Source: an uncultured Gammaproteobacteria bacterium
Lineage (GTDB): Bacteria > Pseudomonadota > Gammaproteobacteria > Eutrophobiales > Eutrophobiaceae
DNA length: 64,000 nucleotides
Assembly (NCBI GenBank): GCA_943788005.1
Contig: CALSOP010000003.1
Span: 2,250 to 66,249, forward strand
Direction: 5' to 3'
Part shown: piece after piece, positions 47,376 to 56,755 of the stretch
Position numbering within the stretch: position 1 is the stretch's first letter
How the letters are laid out: every line of letters begins with the position of its first letter
The notes under the pieces: generated by a model
Told to the model about the DNA's origin: nothing
Databases searched by the model: none
What the model saw: only the letters and a program-made list of their open reading frames with translations
Translations under genes and position numbers: made by a program

Positions 47376-48641
47376 TTAAATGACCCCAGCGTTATGACCT
47401 ATTGCTTGAGTATTTGCCAGATAGGCTTCCATTATTCGTGTCGGATCTTTTATTAAATGGTCCTTCCACTTACCTAAATTCAGCTTGGTTTGTATCAACC
47501 CTCTTAGTACGCCTACATGTTGGGTCAATCCAACAGCTTGTGCTCCAACCATGACATCGTCCTCAAAAGAAAGGCTCAAATAGCGATAGCGATCGTTATC
47601 ACATAGTTTTGCGGATTCACCGCCGTCAATACCCATCCATAAACCATAAGAACTTGATATCAGGCCCATCGTATCCAACACATTCATATTTACACATCCC
47701 TGATGAACGGTATCTTTACCAGCCATATTCATGGCAGCAATACGTCCATGATCTGCGGCGGTAGGCTGTATAGCCTGTACACTATACTCACCCGTAGAAA
47801 AATCTTTGCCTTGGCAAACATCGCCTGCAGCATATATATCAGCAATATTTGATTGCAGACGGTCATTAACTAACACGCCTTCATCTGTTTCCAGCCCACT
47901 CCCGTCTAAGAATTGAATATTAGCGGCAACACCTGTTGCAGAAATAACCAAATCAGCATCAAGAACTTCACCATTATCAAGTTTAACTTTAAGTGAATCG
48001 CCACTACCCTTCTCGATTGCATCAACGCGCGTTGAAGTATGTACGGAGACACCCTTATCCTGACACCAACTCTTGATCATATTGCCAGCAGTTTGGTCCA
48101 TCATCCTGGGAACCATTCTGTCACCCATTTCAATTACAGTTAGATTTACTTTTCGAAGCGCTAAGGATTCCAAAATAATACAACCAATAAAACCGGCTCC
48201 CATTAAAACGACATTAGAACCAGGCTTGGCTTTATTGACGATATTTCTGCCATCCTCAAGCGTCCAGCAAGAATGAATACCGGGTAAGTCCATACCTTCG
48301 ATAGGTGGTGTAATTGGGTGTGAGCCAGTAGCAATTAACAGCTTGTCGTAATTGATCACATCATGGTGTTCAAGATTCAATGATTTATTTTTTGGATCGA
48401 TAGTACTTACTCTGTCTCTAATAATATCGATATCTTTATTACCAAAATGTGATGACGATTTTCTGAGATAGGTACCTTCTTCTTTAATCTTATCGATTAA
48501 ATAATATGGCAACGCCATCCGAGAATATGGTGGTTCAGGTTCATCCCCAATCAAAATTATGCTTGATGTTGGGTCAACTTTACGTAATGTCTCTGCTGCT
48601 ATAACACCTGATGGACCTGCGCCTACAATCACATGCTTCAT
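47376..48641 (-). CDS. aorC: FAD-dependent pyridine nucleotide-disulfide-family oxidoreductase (AorC-like NAD(P)-linked subunit)
   Basis: 421 aa with two Rossmann motifs (VIVGAGPSG; VLMGAGFIG) and AAGD. Operon position follows the AOR gene. Confidence 0.75.
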   Translation of the reverse strand: MKHVIVGAGPSGVIAAETLRKVDPTSSIILIGDEPEPPYSRMALPYYLIDKIKEEGTYLRKSSSHFGNKDIDIIRDRVSTIDPKNKSLNLEHHDVINYDKLLIATGSHPITPPIEGMDLPGIHSCWTLEDGRNIVNKAKPGSNVVLMGAGFIGCIILESLALRKVNLTVIEMGDRMVPRMMDQTAGNMIKSWCQDKGVSVHTSTRVDAIEKGSGDSLKVKLDNGEVLDADLVISATGVAANIQFLDGSGLETDEGVLVNDRLQSNIADIYAAGDVCQGKDFSTGEYSVQAIQPTAADHGRIAAMNMAGKDTVHQGCVNMNVLDTMGLISSSYGLWMGIDGGESAKLCDNDRYRYLSLSFEDDVMVGAQAVGLTQHVGVLRGLIQTKLNLGKWKDHLIKDPTRIMEAYLANTQAIGHNAGVI

Positions 48642-48696
48642 GTCTTTACCCCTCTAATGTTTTAACCGACTATAAACCAGAATCTACAGTTCTAAA

Positions 48697-50547
48697 CTAC
48701 AGACCCAGGCGAGAACGGGTTTCATCTGTCGGCACACCATCAAGTGTCCAACCTCGTACCTCATAGTATTCTGGTAACATTTTATGTAAATCATTAGCTC
48801 TGCCTTCTGCAGGACCTGTTTTTGCAGCGTCTTTGAGGAGCCGCTTAGGTAATGTATCGTCCTTTCCTGTAATACCAGCCGCTAAATTATAATCACGTTC
48901 CATCGTCCAAATACGTTCACCAACGACCAAACATCGCTCTGCGCTCCAATCGCCTTCGCAGGCTGCATCTATTTGCGGTGCAATATCTTCAAGTGTCCAG
49001 GCAAATGTTGTAAACGCACAGATCCCGGCAGAATCTACAACCGCTGTTGCATCTTGAAAGGCCTTGACCAACCCTGCTTTACCATCTGTAGCCAGTGGAT
49101 CAGTCTTCTCAGGAATACCTAATATTTCTGATGCAACAGTATATCCTCGAAGATGACACGCGCCGCGGTTAGAAGTAGCGTAAGCCAAACCAATACCTTG
49201 TATGCCACGTGGGTCATAAGCAGGAAATTCCTGACCTTTTACAGTCATAGATAGCTCAGGACGACCGTATTTTTCACACAGTCTTTTAGAACCCTGCCCA
49301 AGCTCTTTACCAAAACCCTCGCCTCTCACAGTGACCTCTGTTGCCCAGAGTAACGCTTCGGCAGAACCAAACTTCAGTTCCATGCCACCGGTGTCTTTTA
49401 CTGTAATAGCTCCTTCTTCAAACAACTCCATAGCCGCGGCTATCGTCGCACCCAGTGATATCGGGTCAACGGCGTCCTCATTACATAAGAAATTCGCAGC
49501 CGTAATTGCATCAAGGTCATCAACCCCGCAATCAGACCCCAAAGACCATGCATTCTCAAACTCAAGTCCCCCAGAATTACCATGATATTGAGGCTTGTCT
49601 TTTACTGAAAAATGGTCTTTGTCTACGGTAGAAATACGCTGACAGGCAATGGTACAACCAAAGCATGCACCGTTTGTCGTCAGATTAGCCTTACCGTCAC
49701 TTTCACGAACTTCCAGCATGGCTTCACCTGAGATTTTACTCGCACCTTCAAACTGCACCTCTCGATGATTACGTGTCGGCAATGCGCCGACCTCGTTAAT
49801 TACATTCATCAACACCTGTGTTCCGAGTGCTGGTAAGCCTTCACCGGTAACCGCATTTTCCGCCAATACTTTCTTACCATCCTCAGACGCTTTGAAGAAT
49901 TTTGTCGGGTCACTGATATTTCCAACACCCCGGGTTCCACGAATAGCAACTGCCTTGAGGTTCTTTGACGCCATGACGGTACCCACACCAGAACGTCCCG
50001 CTGCTCTATGCAGATCGTTGACGATGGCAGAAAACAAACAACCTTTTTCAGCTGCACGTCCAACTACTGCGATGCGCACTAGTGGGTCCTGATGTTTGGC
50101 ATGAATCTGTTCGTCTGTTTCCCAAGCTGACTTACCCCAAAGATCATCTGCAGGGAGTAACTCAGCTTTATCATTTTCTATATATAAATAAACAGGTTTT
50201 GGCGACTTGCCTTCCAAAATAACCATGTCCCAACCTGCATTTTTCATCTCGTTACCGAAATAGCCGCCTGAGTTAGAACAAGCAATACAACCTGTTAACG
50301 GACTCTTGGTTACTACTGAATATCGTCCTGCAGTCGACACCATGGTTCCGGTCAATGGACCTGTGGTCATGATCATCTTGTTATCAGGACTCAAGGCATC
50401 ACAGGTTGGGTCTGTCTCTTCAACCAAATATTTTGTTGCTAAGCCACGCTGACCTAAATAATCGTTAGCCCATTGCATATTAAGTGGTTCGGTCGTAATC
50501 GAACCGTTTGTTAAATTCACACGTAGTACATTTCTAGTCCAAGCCAT
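48697..50547 (-). CDS. aorB: Tungsten/molybdopterin-type aldehyde:ferredoxin oxidoreductase (AOR family, AorB-like)
   Basis: 616 aa. LRVNLTNG.I........A..YLG.RGLA..L...E.DP..D.LSP.NK......GPLTGT....GRY.VVTKSPLTG....SN.GG.FG.E.K.AG.D is colinear with Pyrococcus AOR as I recall it. Confidence 0.88.
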   Translation of the reverse strand: MAWTRNVLRVNLTNGSITTEPLNMQWANDYLGQRGLATKYLVEETDPTCDALSPDNKMIMTTGPLTGTMVSTAGRYSVVTKSPLTGCIACSNSGGYFGNEMKNAGWDMVILEGKSPKPVYLYIENDKAELLPADDLWGKSAWETDEQIHAKHQDPLVRIAVVGRAAEKGCLFSAIVNDLHRAAGRSGVGTVMASKNLKAVAIRGTRGVGNISDPTKFFKASEDGKKVLAENAVTGEGLPALGTQVLMNVINEVGALPTRNHREVQFEGASKISGEAMLEVRESDGKANLTTNGACFGCTIACQRISTVDKDHFSVKDKPQYHGNSGGLEFENAWSLGSDCGVDDLDAITAANFLCNEDAVDPISLGATIAAAMELFEEGAITVKDTGGMELKFGSAEALLWATEVTVRGEGFGKELGQGSKRLCEKYGRPELSMTVKGQEFPAYDPRGIQGIGLAYATSNRGACHLRGYTVASEILGIPEKTDPLATDGKAGLVKAFQDATAVVDSAGICAFTTFAWTLEDIAPQIDAACEGDWSAERCLVVGERIWTMERDYNLAAGITGKDDTLPKRLLKDAAKTGPAEGRANDLHKMLPEYYEVRGWTLDGVPTDETRSRLGL

Positions 50548-50564
50548 TTCGTATTCTCCTACGT

Positions 50565-51038
50565 CTATGCGTTATCTTGTGGAAGATTTTGTGCTGCATG
50601 AGCACGCATTCTTTCCAAACCACTATGATCGGAATCTACATAGGTTATCGCCTGTGTAGGACAAGCCTTTGCACATTCAGGGTCACCGCCACATAAATCA
50701 CATTTTTGAACTACAGCCGTCTCTTGGTTGTAGTTGACAGTACCAAATGGGCAGGCAATGGTGCAGACCTTACAACCAACGCAGATGTCATCAATGACTT
50801 CTTTTGCCCCGGTAGCTTCATTTATAACAATGGCTTCAACAGGACAGGCATGCAGACACCAAGCTTCTGTACATTGCGTGCACGTATAAGGGACAAAGCG
50901 TCCTTCATCATGGAAAGTAAATATTTTTATACGCGATTTTGAAGGATTAAAAACTCCTTCAGCTTGATAGGAACAAGCCATTTCGCATTGTAGACAACCA
51001 GTGCATTTTTCTGGTTCGATCTGCAAAGATCTGAGCAT
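50565..51038 (-). CDS. aorA: Poly-[4Fe-4S] ferredoxin-like electron-transfer subunit (AorA-like)
   Basis: 157 aa with four Cys clusters (CTGCLQCEMAC; CTQC..AWC..AC; CVGCKVCTIAC; CDLCGG...CAKAC). Confidence 0.85.
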   Translation of the reverse strand: MLRSLQIEPEKCTGCLQCEMACSYQAEGVFNPSKSRIKIFTFHDEGRFVPYTCTQCTEAWCLHACPVEAIVINEATGAKEVIDDICVGCKVCTIACPFGTVNYNQETAVVQKCDLCGGDPECAKACPTQAITYVDSDHSGLERMRAHAAQNLPQDNA

Positions 51039-51223
51039 TTTGTATACCCCTCGTTGATGTTATTTCTTGATTTGAATTCTTAAAGATCCAATATCTAGAT
51101 AACTTTATGTGATTATAAATAACAATTAATACTGTTTTACACCAAAGAATTATAACCACTATTTCTAGTGATAGCACCCCTATAGAAAGCTCGGAATAAG
51201 ATATTTATCTATATAAATTAATC

Positions 51224-51240
51224 TGTTGCAAAATGCGACA
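51224..51240. promoter_or_regulatory. Near-palindrome TGTTGCA-AAA-TGCGACA in the aorA/regulator divergent intergenic region
   Basis: 16 of 17 positions are identical to the palindrome at 38316-38332. It lies 186 nt from the aorA ATG and 172 nt from the regulator ATG. Confidence 0.5.
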
Positions 51241-51411
51241 ACTTTCAAATTTTTGCTAAATCACTAGATTCTAAAAGAACCGAATTTAATATATATGCGA
51301 TAGAAGTTTGCCGCACTTCACACACATATATATACAAAGCTGAATTTACGTTATATTTAGATAATAATTCACAAACTTAATGACGATGTAGCTAACCGCA
51401 AACTAAATACA

Positions 51412-52569
51412 ATGTCTCAAGTAGAAACAATTAAAGCAGCAATCCCGCTAAATGCTAGCGCTTCACAGTATGAAGTGAGAAATGCATGGGAAAAGTTTGT
51501 TAGTACTGGTGAGTTAAACCATAAACGACTTCGCCCTGTCATTGCAGACAGCTGGCTTCGTTGTCATGAATTAGGTATTGACCCTCTCGGTAGTCGGGCA
51601 CGTTCTGTAATATCCAAAGAAGAAATCGAAGCCAAACTCCATACTGAAAACTTTGGGATTTCCGGAGTGAATGTATTTAATAGGATGTCTAATACAGTTG
51701 AAGACACGGGACATACTCTTGTTCTAGCGGATAATACAGGATGTATTTTATATTCAGTTTTTCATAAACATATACAGGATCACCTGGAAAGAGTTAATTT
51801 TAGACCCGGTGGGGAATGGCATACAGACGCAGTCGGTCCTAATGGCATAGGCACAACATTATCAGTTGGCAAACCAGAAGTTGTTATGGGAACGGAACAT
51901 TACTGCCAGGGTTGGAAACCTTGGGTATGCTATGGCGCACCGATTCATAATCCAAGCGATCATTCTGTGCTGGGTGTAGTTGATATCACTGGGCCTGCGA
52001 ACAAAATCTGTGTCGAAGCTATGGCATTAGCTATATCGATTGCTCATTCAATTGAGTCTGATTTATCTGTTTTACAACTAACCAAGCGTGAAAAGTTACG
52101 CCAAGCCTATAGAAGGTTGCAAATGAAATGGCCAAATGACGCCAGTATTTCTGTTGATGAATACGGTTTTGTCATTGATATGAACTCACATGCCGATACC
52201 ATACTAAACACTCCATCTTGTATGATAAATCAGTCTATTCATTTATATTTACCCAGCCTGACATACTATATCAATGCGTGTATTACTAATGGCGTTGAAA
52301 TGGAATGTGAAATTGAGTTGGAAAAAACGTTGAATAATAGCGCTCGTTTTCGATTTACACCGATTATTGAAAATGGTGAACGCTTAGGTTGTTTTATTAT
52401 GATTATAGACGGGAAGAAAATACATCATGACTCAACTAGCCTGCGTTCAAACGAGGATGAATTAATCAGAAAAACACTCGAACAAACAAGTGGTAATATC
52501 AGCAAGGCCGCCAGAATTCTAAACATAGACCGCGCGACGATCTATCGCCGACGTAAAAATTGGCAATGA
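51412..52569 (+). CDS. AcoR-like sensor domain + Fis-type HTH regulator lacking the sigma-54 AAA+ module
   Basis: 385 aa. The N-terminal ~200 aa are paralogous to the 666-aa activator (WEKFVSTGEL...DSWLRCHELGIDP; GPNGIGTTLSVGKP....TEHYC.GWKPWVC; VVDITG). The C-terminal HTH is ISKAARILNIDRATIYRRRKNW. No GxxGxGKE or GAFTGA motif. Confidence 0.8.
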   Translation: MSQVETIKAAIPLNASASQYEVRNAWEKFVSTGELNHKRLRPVIADSWLRCHELGIDPLGSRARSVISKEEIEAKLHTENFGISGVNVFNRMSNTVEDTGHTLVLADNTGCILYSVFHKHIQDHLERVNFRPGGEWHTDAVGPNGIGTTLSVGKPEVVMGTEHYCQGWKPWVCYGAPIHNPSDHSVLGVVDITGPANKICVEAMALAISIAHSIESDLSVLQLTKREKLRQAYRRLQMKWPNDASISVDEYGFVIDMNSHADTILNTPSCMINQSIHLYLPSLTYYINACITNGVEMECEIELEKTLNNSARFRFTPIIENGERLGCFIMIIDGKKIHHDSTSLRSNEDELIRKTLEQTSGNISKAARILNIDRATIYRRRKNWQ

Positions 52570-52740
52570 CAAATACAGTCTTACAAAAAGTCATACTGAA
52601 AAATCTTTAACATTCAGGCAATTTTCCTATCTATTTTGAATGGAATTTATCCTATATTGTATTGTCGAACTATTCAGTTACTTCAGCTATTTACATATGG
52701 CAAAATATAAACACTAACCTCTCATTACAGGCAACTTTTC

Positions 52741-53556
52741 ATGTTGAAAAATTACATCGTAATTATAAAATCAAGCTTTATTGCAATACTATTAGCTTCT
52801 AATATTGCTCTTGCGGAAAACGTCCAAGTAAAATTCGCTTACATAGGGCAAAAAGATCATTCTGCATTGCTTGGTGCACAACAAGGTCTTAGCGAAGCTA
52901 ACCTACAAGGCCAATTTCTCAATCAAATATACGAATTAGATCTAATATCTGCAGAGGATGCAAATACACACGACTTTTCTAATTACATCGCAGTCCTTAC
53001 AGCAGTCGATACTGATTCCTATACAAAGCTTGCTGATACTCTGCCAAATATAGCTGTCTTTAACTTATCTATTAAGGATGACCAACTAAGATCAACTTGC
53101 ATAAAGAATACGCTACATGTAATTCCAAGTAACGCTATGGAGACAGATGCCAAGAATCAATGGCAAAAGAAGAAACCCGATTCTACTGTGAATGCTCAAG
53201 CTTGGCATCCGGACTTTGTAAAATTCGCTGCACGCGATCTCAATAAACGTTTTAAAAAGAATCAGAAAAAATTAATGGATGATAATTCATGGGCTGGTTG
53301 GGCAGCAGTTAAGATGACATCTGATGCCGTTGCAAGAACAAAAATAAATGACCCGGCAAAGATGCTAAATTATCTTAAAACAGATCTTGCTTTCGATGGG
53401 CAAAAAGGAAGCGTTATGAGTTTCAGAGAAACGGGGCAATTACGACAACCTATTTTATTGGTTGAAAACAATAAAATTGTTGCAGAAGCACCGGTACGAG
53501 GCATTGCCAAACCACCAACATTAGACAGCTTAGGGATATTAAGCTGTGAAAAGTAG
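52741..53556 (+). CDS. Periplasmic binding protein of the PQQ-alcohol-dehydrogenase-system type (PedA1-like)
   Basis: 271 aa with a signal peptide and type-1 PBP-like composition. Paired with a YVTN beta-propeller gene as in ped/lut clusters. Family assignment comes from context and memory. Confidence 0.55.
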   Translation: MLKNYIVIIKSSFIAILLASNIALAENVQVKFAYIGQKDHSALLGAQQGLSEANLQGQFLNQIYELDLISAEDANTHDFSNYIAVLTAVDTDSYTKLADTLPNIAVFNLSIKDDQLRSTCIKNTLHVIPSNAMETDAKNQWQKKKPDSTVNAQAWHPDFVKFAARDLNKRFKKNQKKLMDDNSWAGWAAVKMTSDAVARTKINDPAKMLNYLKTDLAFDGQKGSVMSFRETGQLRQPILLVENNKIVAEAPVRGIAKPPTLDSLGILSCEK

Positions 53557-53598
53557 TCTACCTATCATATGAAATTAACACTAGTCAGGAGTTTTTAA

Positions 53599-54552
53599 AT
53601 GAAAATGTATTTGGCACCAATAATATTTTTCGCCTTTGTTTGTAATTCAGTTAGTGCTGCACCGACTGGGCGTATCTTTATCACAAATGAGCGAGGCGAC
53701 TCTGTTTCTGTTATTAACGGCAGCACATTAGATGTCGAAGCAACTATTGATGTAGGGGAGCGTCCTCGTGGAATTGGCCTCTCTCCAGATGGGAATGAAC
53801 TTTATGTTGCAGTAAGTGAAGAAAATAAAATAAAAGTCATTGACCCTGTCTCACTCAAAATTCTAAGAGAATTCGAAGCTGGATCTGATCCAGAAACATT
53901 CGCTGTTCACCCTAATGGCAACATCTATATTTCAAACGAAGATGATGCAAAAGCAAGTGTGTTTGACCCAAAAACGGGAGCGCAAGTAGCGGAAATCAAT
54001 GTCGGTCTAGAACCAGAAGGCGTTGCTATTTCACCTGATGGTAAACGCGTTATCGTAACCAGTGAATCGACTAATATGCTGCATGTTATTAAAGCGTCTG
54101 ACAATACAATTGAGAAGAATATTCTTGTCGGTTCACGTCCACGAGCTGCTACGTTTACTCAGTCAGGTGACATTGCCTATGCAACAGCCGAGATTAGTGG
54201 CGAAGTTGTTAAAGTCGACATGAATACAGGAGAGATTCTGAAAAGAGGTAGCGCTGGTGATAGTAAATCGAAACCTAAAGATGTTGTCTTAAGTAAGGAT
54301 GAGTCCGTCATCTATGTCGCTGGTGGAAGAGCGAATAAAGTTGTCGTCATGGATGCTAAAACCCTAGAAATAATTACTGGCATTCCAGTAGGAAAACGCG
54401 TTTGGGGTCTGGCTATCAGTAAAAATGGTGAACAGGTATTTTCGACTGACGGTGTAAGCGGCACTGTCTCGGTCATTGATACCCGCAATAACGAAGTCAT
54501 TAAAACTGTCGAAGTTGGTGAGTTTCCTTGGGGTGTCGTTATCAACGACTAG
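53599..54552 (+). CDS. YVTN-family beta-propeller repeat protein (PQQ-dependent catabolism-associated, PedA2/LutB-like)
   Basis: 317 aa with a signal peptide. Repeated ~40-aa units carry G..P.G.A.SPDG...YV......V.VID patterns. Confidence 0.8.
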   Translation: MKMYLAPIIFFAFVCNSVSAAPTGRIFITNERGDSVSVINGSTLDVEATIDVGERPRGIGLSPDGNELYVAVSEENKIKVIDPVSLKILREFEAGSDPETFAVHPNGNIYISNEDDAKASVFDPKTGAQVAEINVGLEPEGVAISPDGKRVIVTSESTNMLHVIKASDNTIEKNILVGSRPRAATFTQSGDIAYATAEISGEVVKVDMNTGEILKRGSAGDSKSKPKDVVLSKDESVIYVAGGRANKVVVMDAKTLEIITGIPVGKRVWGLAISKNGEQVFSTDGVSGTVSVIDTRNNEVIKTVEVGEFPWGVVIND

Positions 54553-54564
54553 ATGAATAATAAT

Positions 54565-54586
54565 GGGGTGGCATTTTAGCTGCCCC
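54565..54586. terminator. Hairpin between convergent genes (GGGGTGGC-ATTTTA-GCTGCCCC)
   Basis: 8-bp stem including two G-U pairs, located between stop 54552 (+) and stop 54592 (-). Confidence 0.45.
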
Positions 54587-54591
54587 AAATT

Positions 54592-55233
54592 TCACGCTTG
54601 TATGATGTTATATCTGATTGCAAGCCGTGCAATATCTGCAATGGTTGAAACGTTAAGCTTACTTTTTATTTGGGTACTATAATTCGCGACTGTTTTATAA
54701 CTTAGACACAGTCGTTTCGCAATTTCACTGGTATTAGAACCTTCCGCCAACATACAGAAAATCTCAAATTCACGCGTAGACAGATCAGAAAGCAAGGAGT
54801 CTTGTCCTCTAGATTTCTCATAAGCTAATCTTTGTGCTAGCTCTGCATCTATGTACTTCTCACCTTTTGAAAGTCGTATTATTGCGTCAACAAGTAATTG
54901 TGGATCGGTGCTTTTAGTGATGTAACCACTGGCGCCTGCTTGTAATGCTTGCTCTACAAAGATAACTTCTTCATGCATGCTAAACACAAGAATTGTTGCC
55001 TTATTGTCGCGAGAACAAATACGCTTTATCGCCTCTATACCGCCTATGCCTGGTAAAGATAGATCCATAACAACCACATCTGGCATATGTGCACTATACA
55101 ATTGATAAGCTTCCTCCCCGCTGCTTGCTTCTGCTACAACCGTTATCTCAGATGCGTTTTTTAATAACATATTATAGCCAGCGCGAACCACTGCATGATC
55201 ATCAACTAACATTACATTTATTGTACTACTCAT
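54592..55233 (-). CDS. LuxR/NarL-family response regulator (ExaE/PedR-like)
   Basis: 213 aa. REC domain (VMLVDDH; DVVVMDLSLPG) plus a C-terminal LuxR HTH (LSTREFEIFCMLAEGSNTSEIAKRLCLSYKTVANY). Confidence 0.88.
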   Translation of the reverse strand: MSSTINVMLVDDHAVVRAGYNMLLKNASEITVVAEASSGEEAYQLYSAHMPDVVVMDLSLPGIGGIEAIKRICSRDNKATILVFSMHEEVIFVEQALQAGASGYITKSTDPQLLVDAIIRLSKGEKYIDAELAQRLAYEKSRGQDSLLSDLSTREFEIFCMLAEGSNTSEIAKRLCLSYKTVANYSTQIKSKLNVSTIADIARLAIRYNIIQA

Positions 55234-55243
55234 AAAACATCTC

Positions 55244-56581
55244 TTATGATTTGATTGGAATACTTATTTTGATCGATAAGCCATTATTAGGTTCACTAAT
55301 CAGGTCGAATGTCCCATGGTTCATTTCGACTCTTTCTTTCATCCCGGGCAAGCCTAAACCCGTCATTAGTTTATCTTTATTTAAACCGACACCATCATCC
55401 TGAATATTCAGGATGATGTATTCTGAGTTAGAAGAAACAACTTTATTCATGGTTATTAGTATTTTGCTAGCAGACGAATGTTTTAAAGCATTGGTCAAAC
55501 TCTCCTGAACAATTCTAAAGAGACTAATATTCAATAACTCTGTTAAATCATTTGGGATATCTGAAAACGAAAAATGACAAAAGATATCATCTTGTCGGCT
55601 ATTCCAATCATCAATCATCGATTGCAATGCCTTTACTAACCCAAATTCATCTAAAACCGATGGCCGTAATCGATGCATCATGTTTTTTGCAACTTGATAA
55701 ATATGATCTGAATATTCGATTATTGTTTTCACACTTGAATTGATGTGGTTCTTATCAGGATTCTTATCATTCATGATAGCCGCTGCAACAGCTTTGATAG
55801 CCGCAATGGTCTGGCCTAGTTCATCGTGTAGTTCCTGTGCGAGATGCCGACGTTCTTCTTCCTGAATTTCAAGTGAACGCTGAGTCAATGACTGGTTTTT
55901 CGCCTTACTCTCCAATAAAACTTTGGCCATATGATTAAATTGTTGAGAAATCCGATCTAGTTCAGGCAGGCGAAAACGTGGCAATTCTAATTGATAATTT
56001 CCTTTTTCAATATCGGATAAACCTGACAGTATTATGTCAATAGGAGCCAGATATTTCCCAATAGCCAGATATAATAAAATATTAGCCAAAACAATAAATG
56101 CTAATAAAAATATTAATATACTCCGAACTTCAGTCCAGTTTTCATCAATTTCATCAGCGGGATCCGCGCGAATGATTATTCCTTTGGGTTGTTCAACCGG
56201 ATTATATAACCAATGTCTAATTTCGGTTGGAGGTGGCTCGACAAGGTTAACAAACCAATTTGGCGCTTTAATATCCTTCAAGACAGCAAATTCTTCAGCA
56301 GGAGTCAGGACATCATTTGGATTGTATATATCAATATGAAGATGCCGTGTTAGATCTAGCTCGGAAAGCTTGCGTAACACTTGTATTTGCTTTTGTTCGT
56401 TCGCCTCCAAAGATGTCGAAGTAAATGCGACCTGAATCAATTGCAGAGCAAGATTTGCAGTCGATTCAACTTCATGTTGAACGGCAATACGCGCATTTGT
56501 AATAATATAAAAACTACTACAAATGAATAGGCTGATAAATAACAGGGTTATCAGCAAATTAAGCCTGATTCTAAGGCTCAT
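55244..56581 (-). CDS. Sensor histidine kinase, NarX/HisKA_3 type (ExaD/PedS-like)
   Basis: 445 aa with two TM helices flanking a periplasmic domain, a HAMP-like linker, the H-box LAQELHDELGQ, and an ATPase domain (QDDGVG; GLGLPGMKER). Confidence 0.88.
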   Translation of the reverse strand: MSLRIRLNLLITLLFISLFICSSFYIITNARIAVQHEVESTANLALQLIQVAFTSTSLEANEQKQIQVLRKLSELDLTRHLHIDIYNPNDVLTPAEEFAVLKDIKAPNWFVNLVEPPPTEIRHWLYNPVEQPKGIIIRADPADEIDENWTEVRSILIFLLAFIVLANILLYLAIGKYLAPIDIILSGLSDIEKGNYQLELPRFRLPELDRISQQFNHMAKVLLESKAKNQSLTQRSLEIQEEERRHLAQELHDELGQTIAAIKAVAAAIMNDKNPDKNHINSSVKTIIEYSDHIYQVAKNMMHRLRPSVLDEFGLVKALQSMIDDWNSRQDDIFCHFSFSDIPNDLTELLNISLFRIVQESLTNALKHSSASKILITMNKVVSSNSEYIILNIQDDGVGLNKDKLMTGLGLPGMKERVEMNHGTFDLISEPNNGLSIKISIPIKS

Positions 56582-56755
56582 TGAAATTCAACCTCTTGAT
56601 TAAAGATTTTAGAAATAAAGCCGATCTAACTGATAGTCATATATATTCTAATTGAACTAACTATATTAAAAGTTATATTCTTAGGGTAAATTGTCAATTT
56701 ACAATACAGCTATTAACTATTCAGTAACTATTTAATGAATTAGGAAAAATTCCTG

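Noticed and set aside
50959-51177. 72-aa minus-strand ORF overlapping the start of aorA and extending into the regulatory region.
   Set aside because: It overlaps aorA out of frame and covers the putative promoter. Nothing supports it as a gene.
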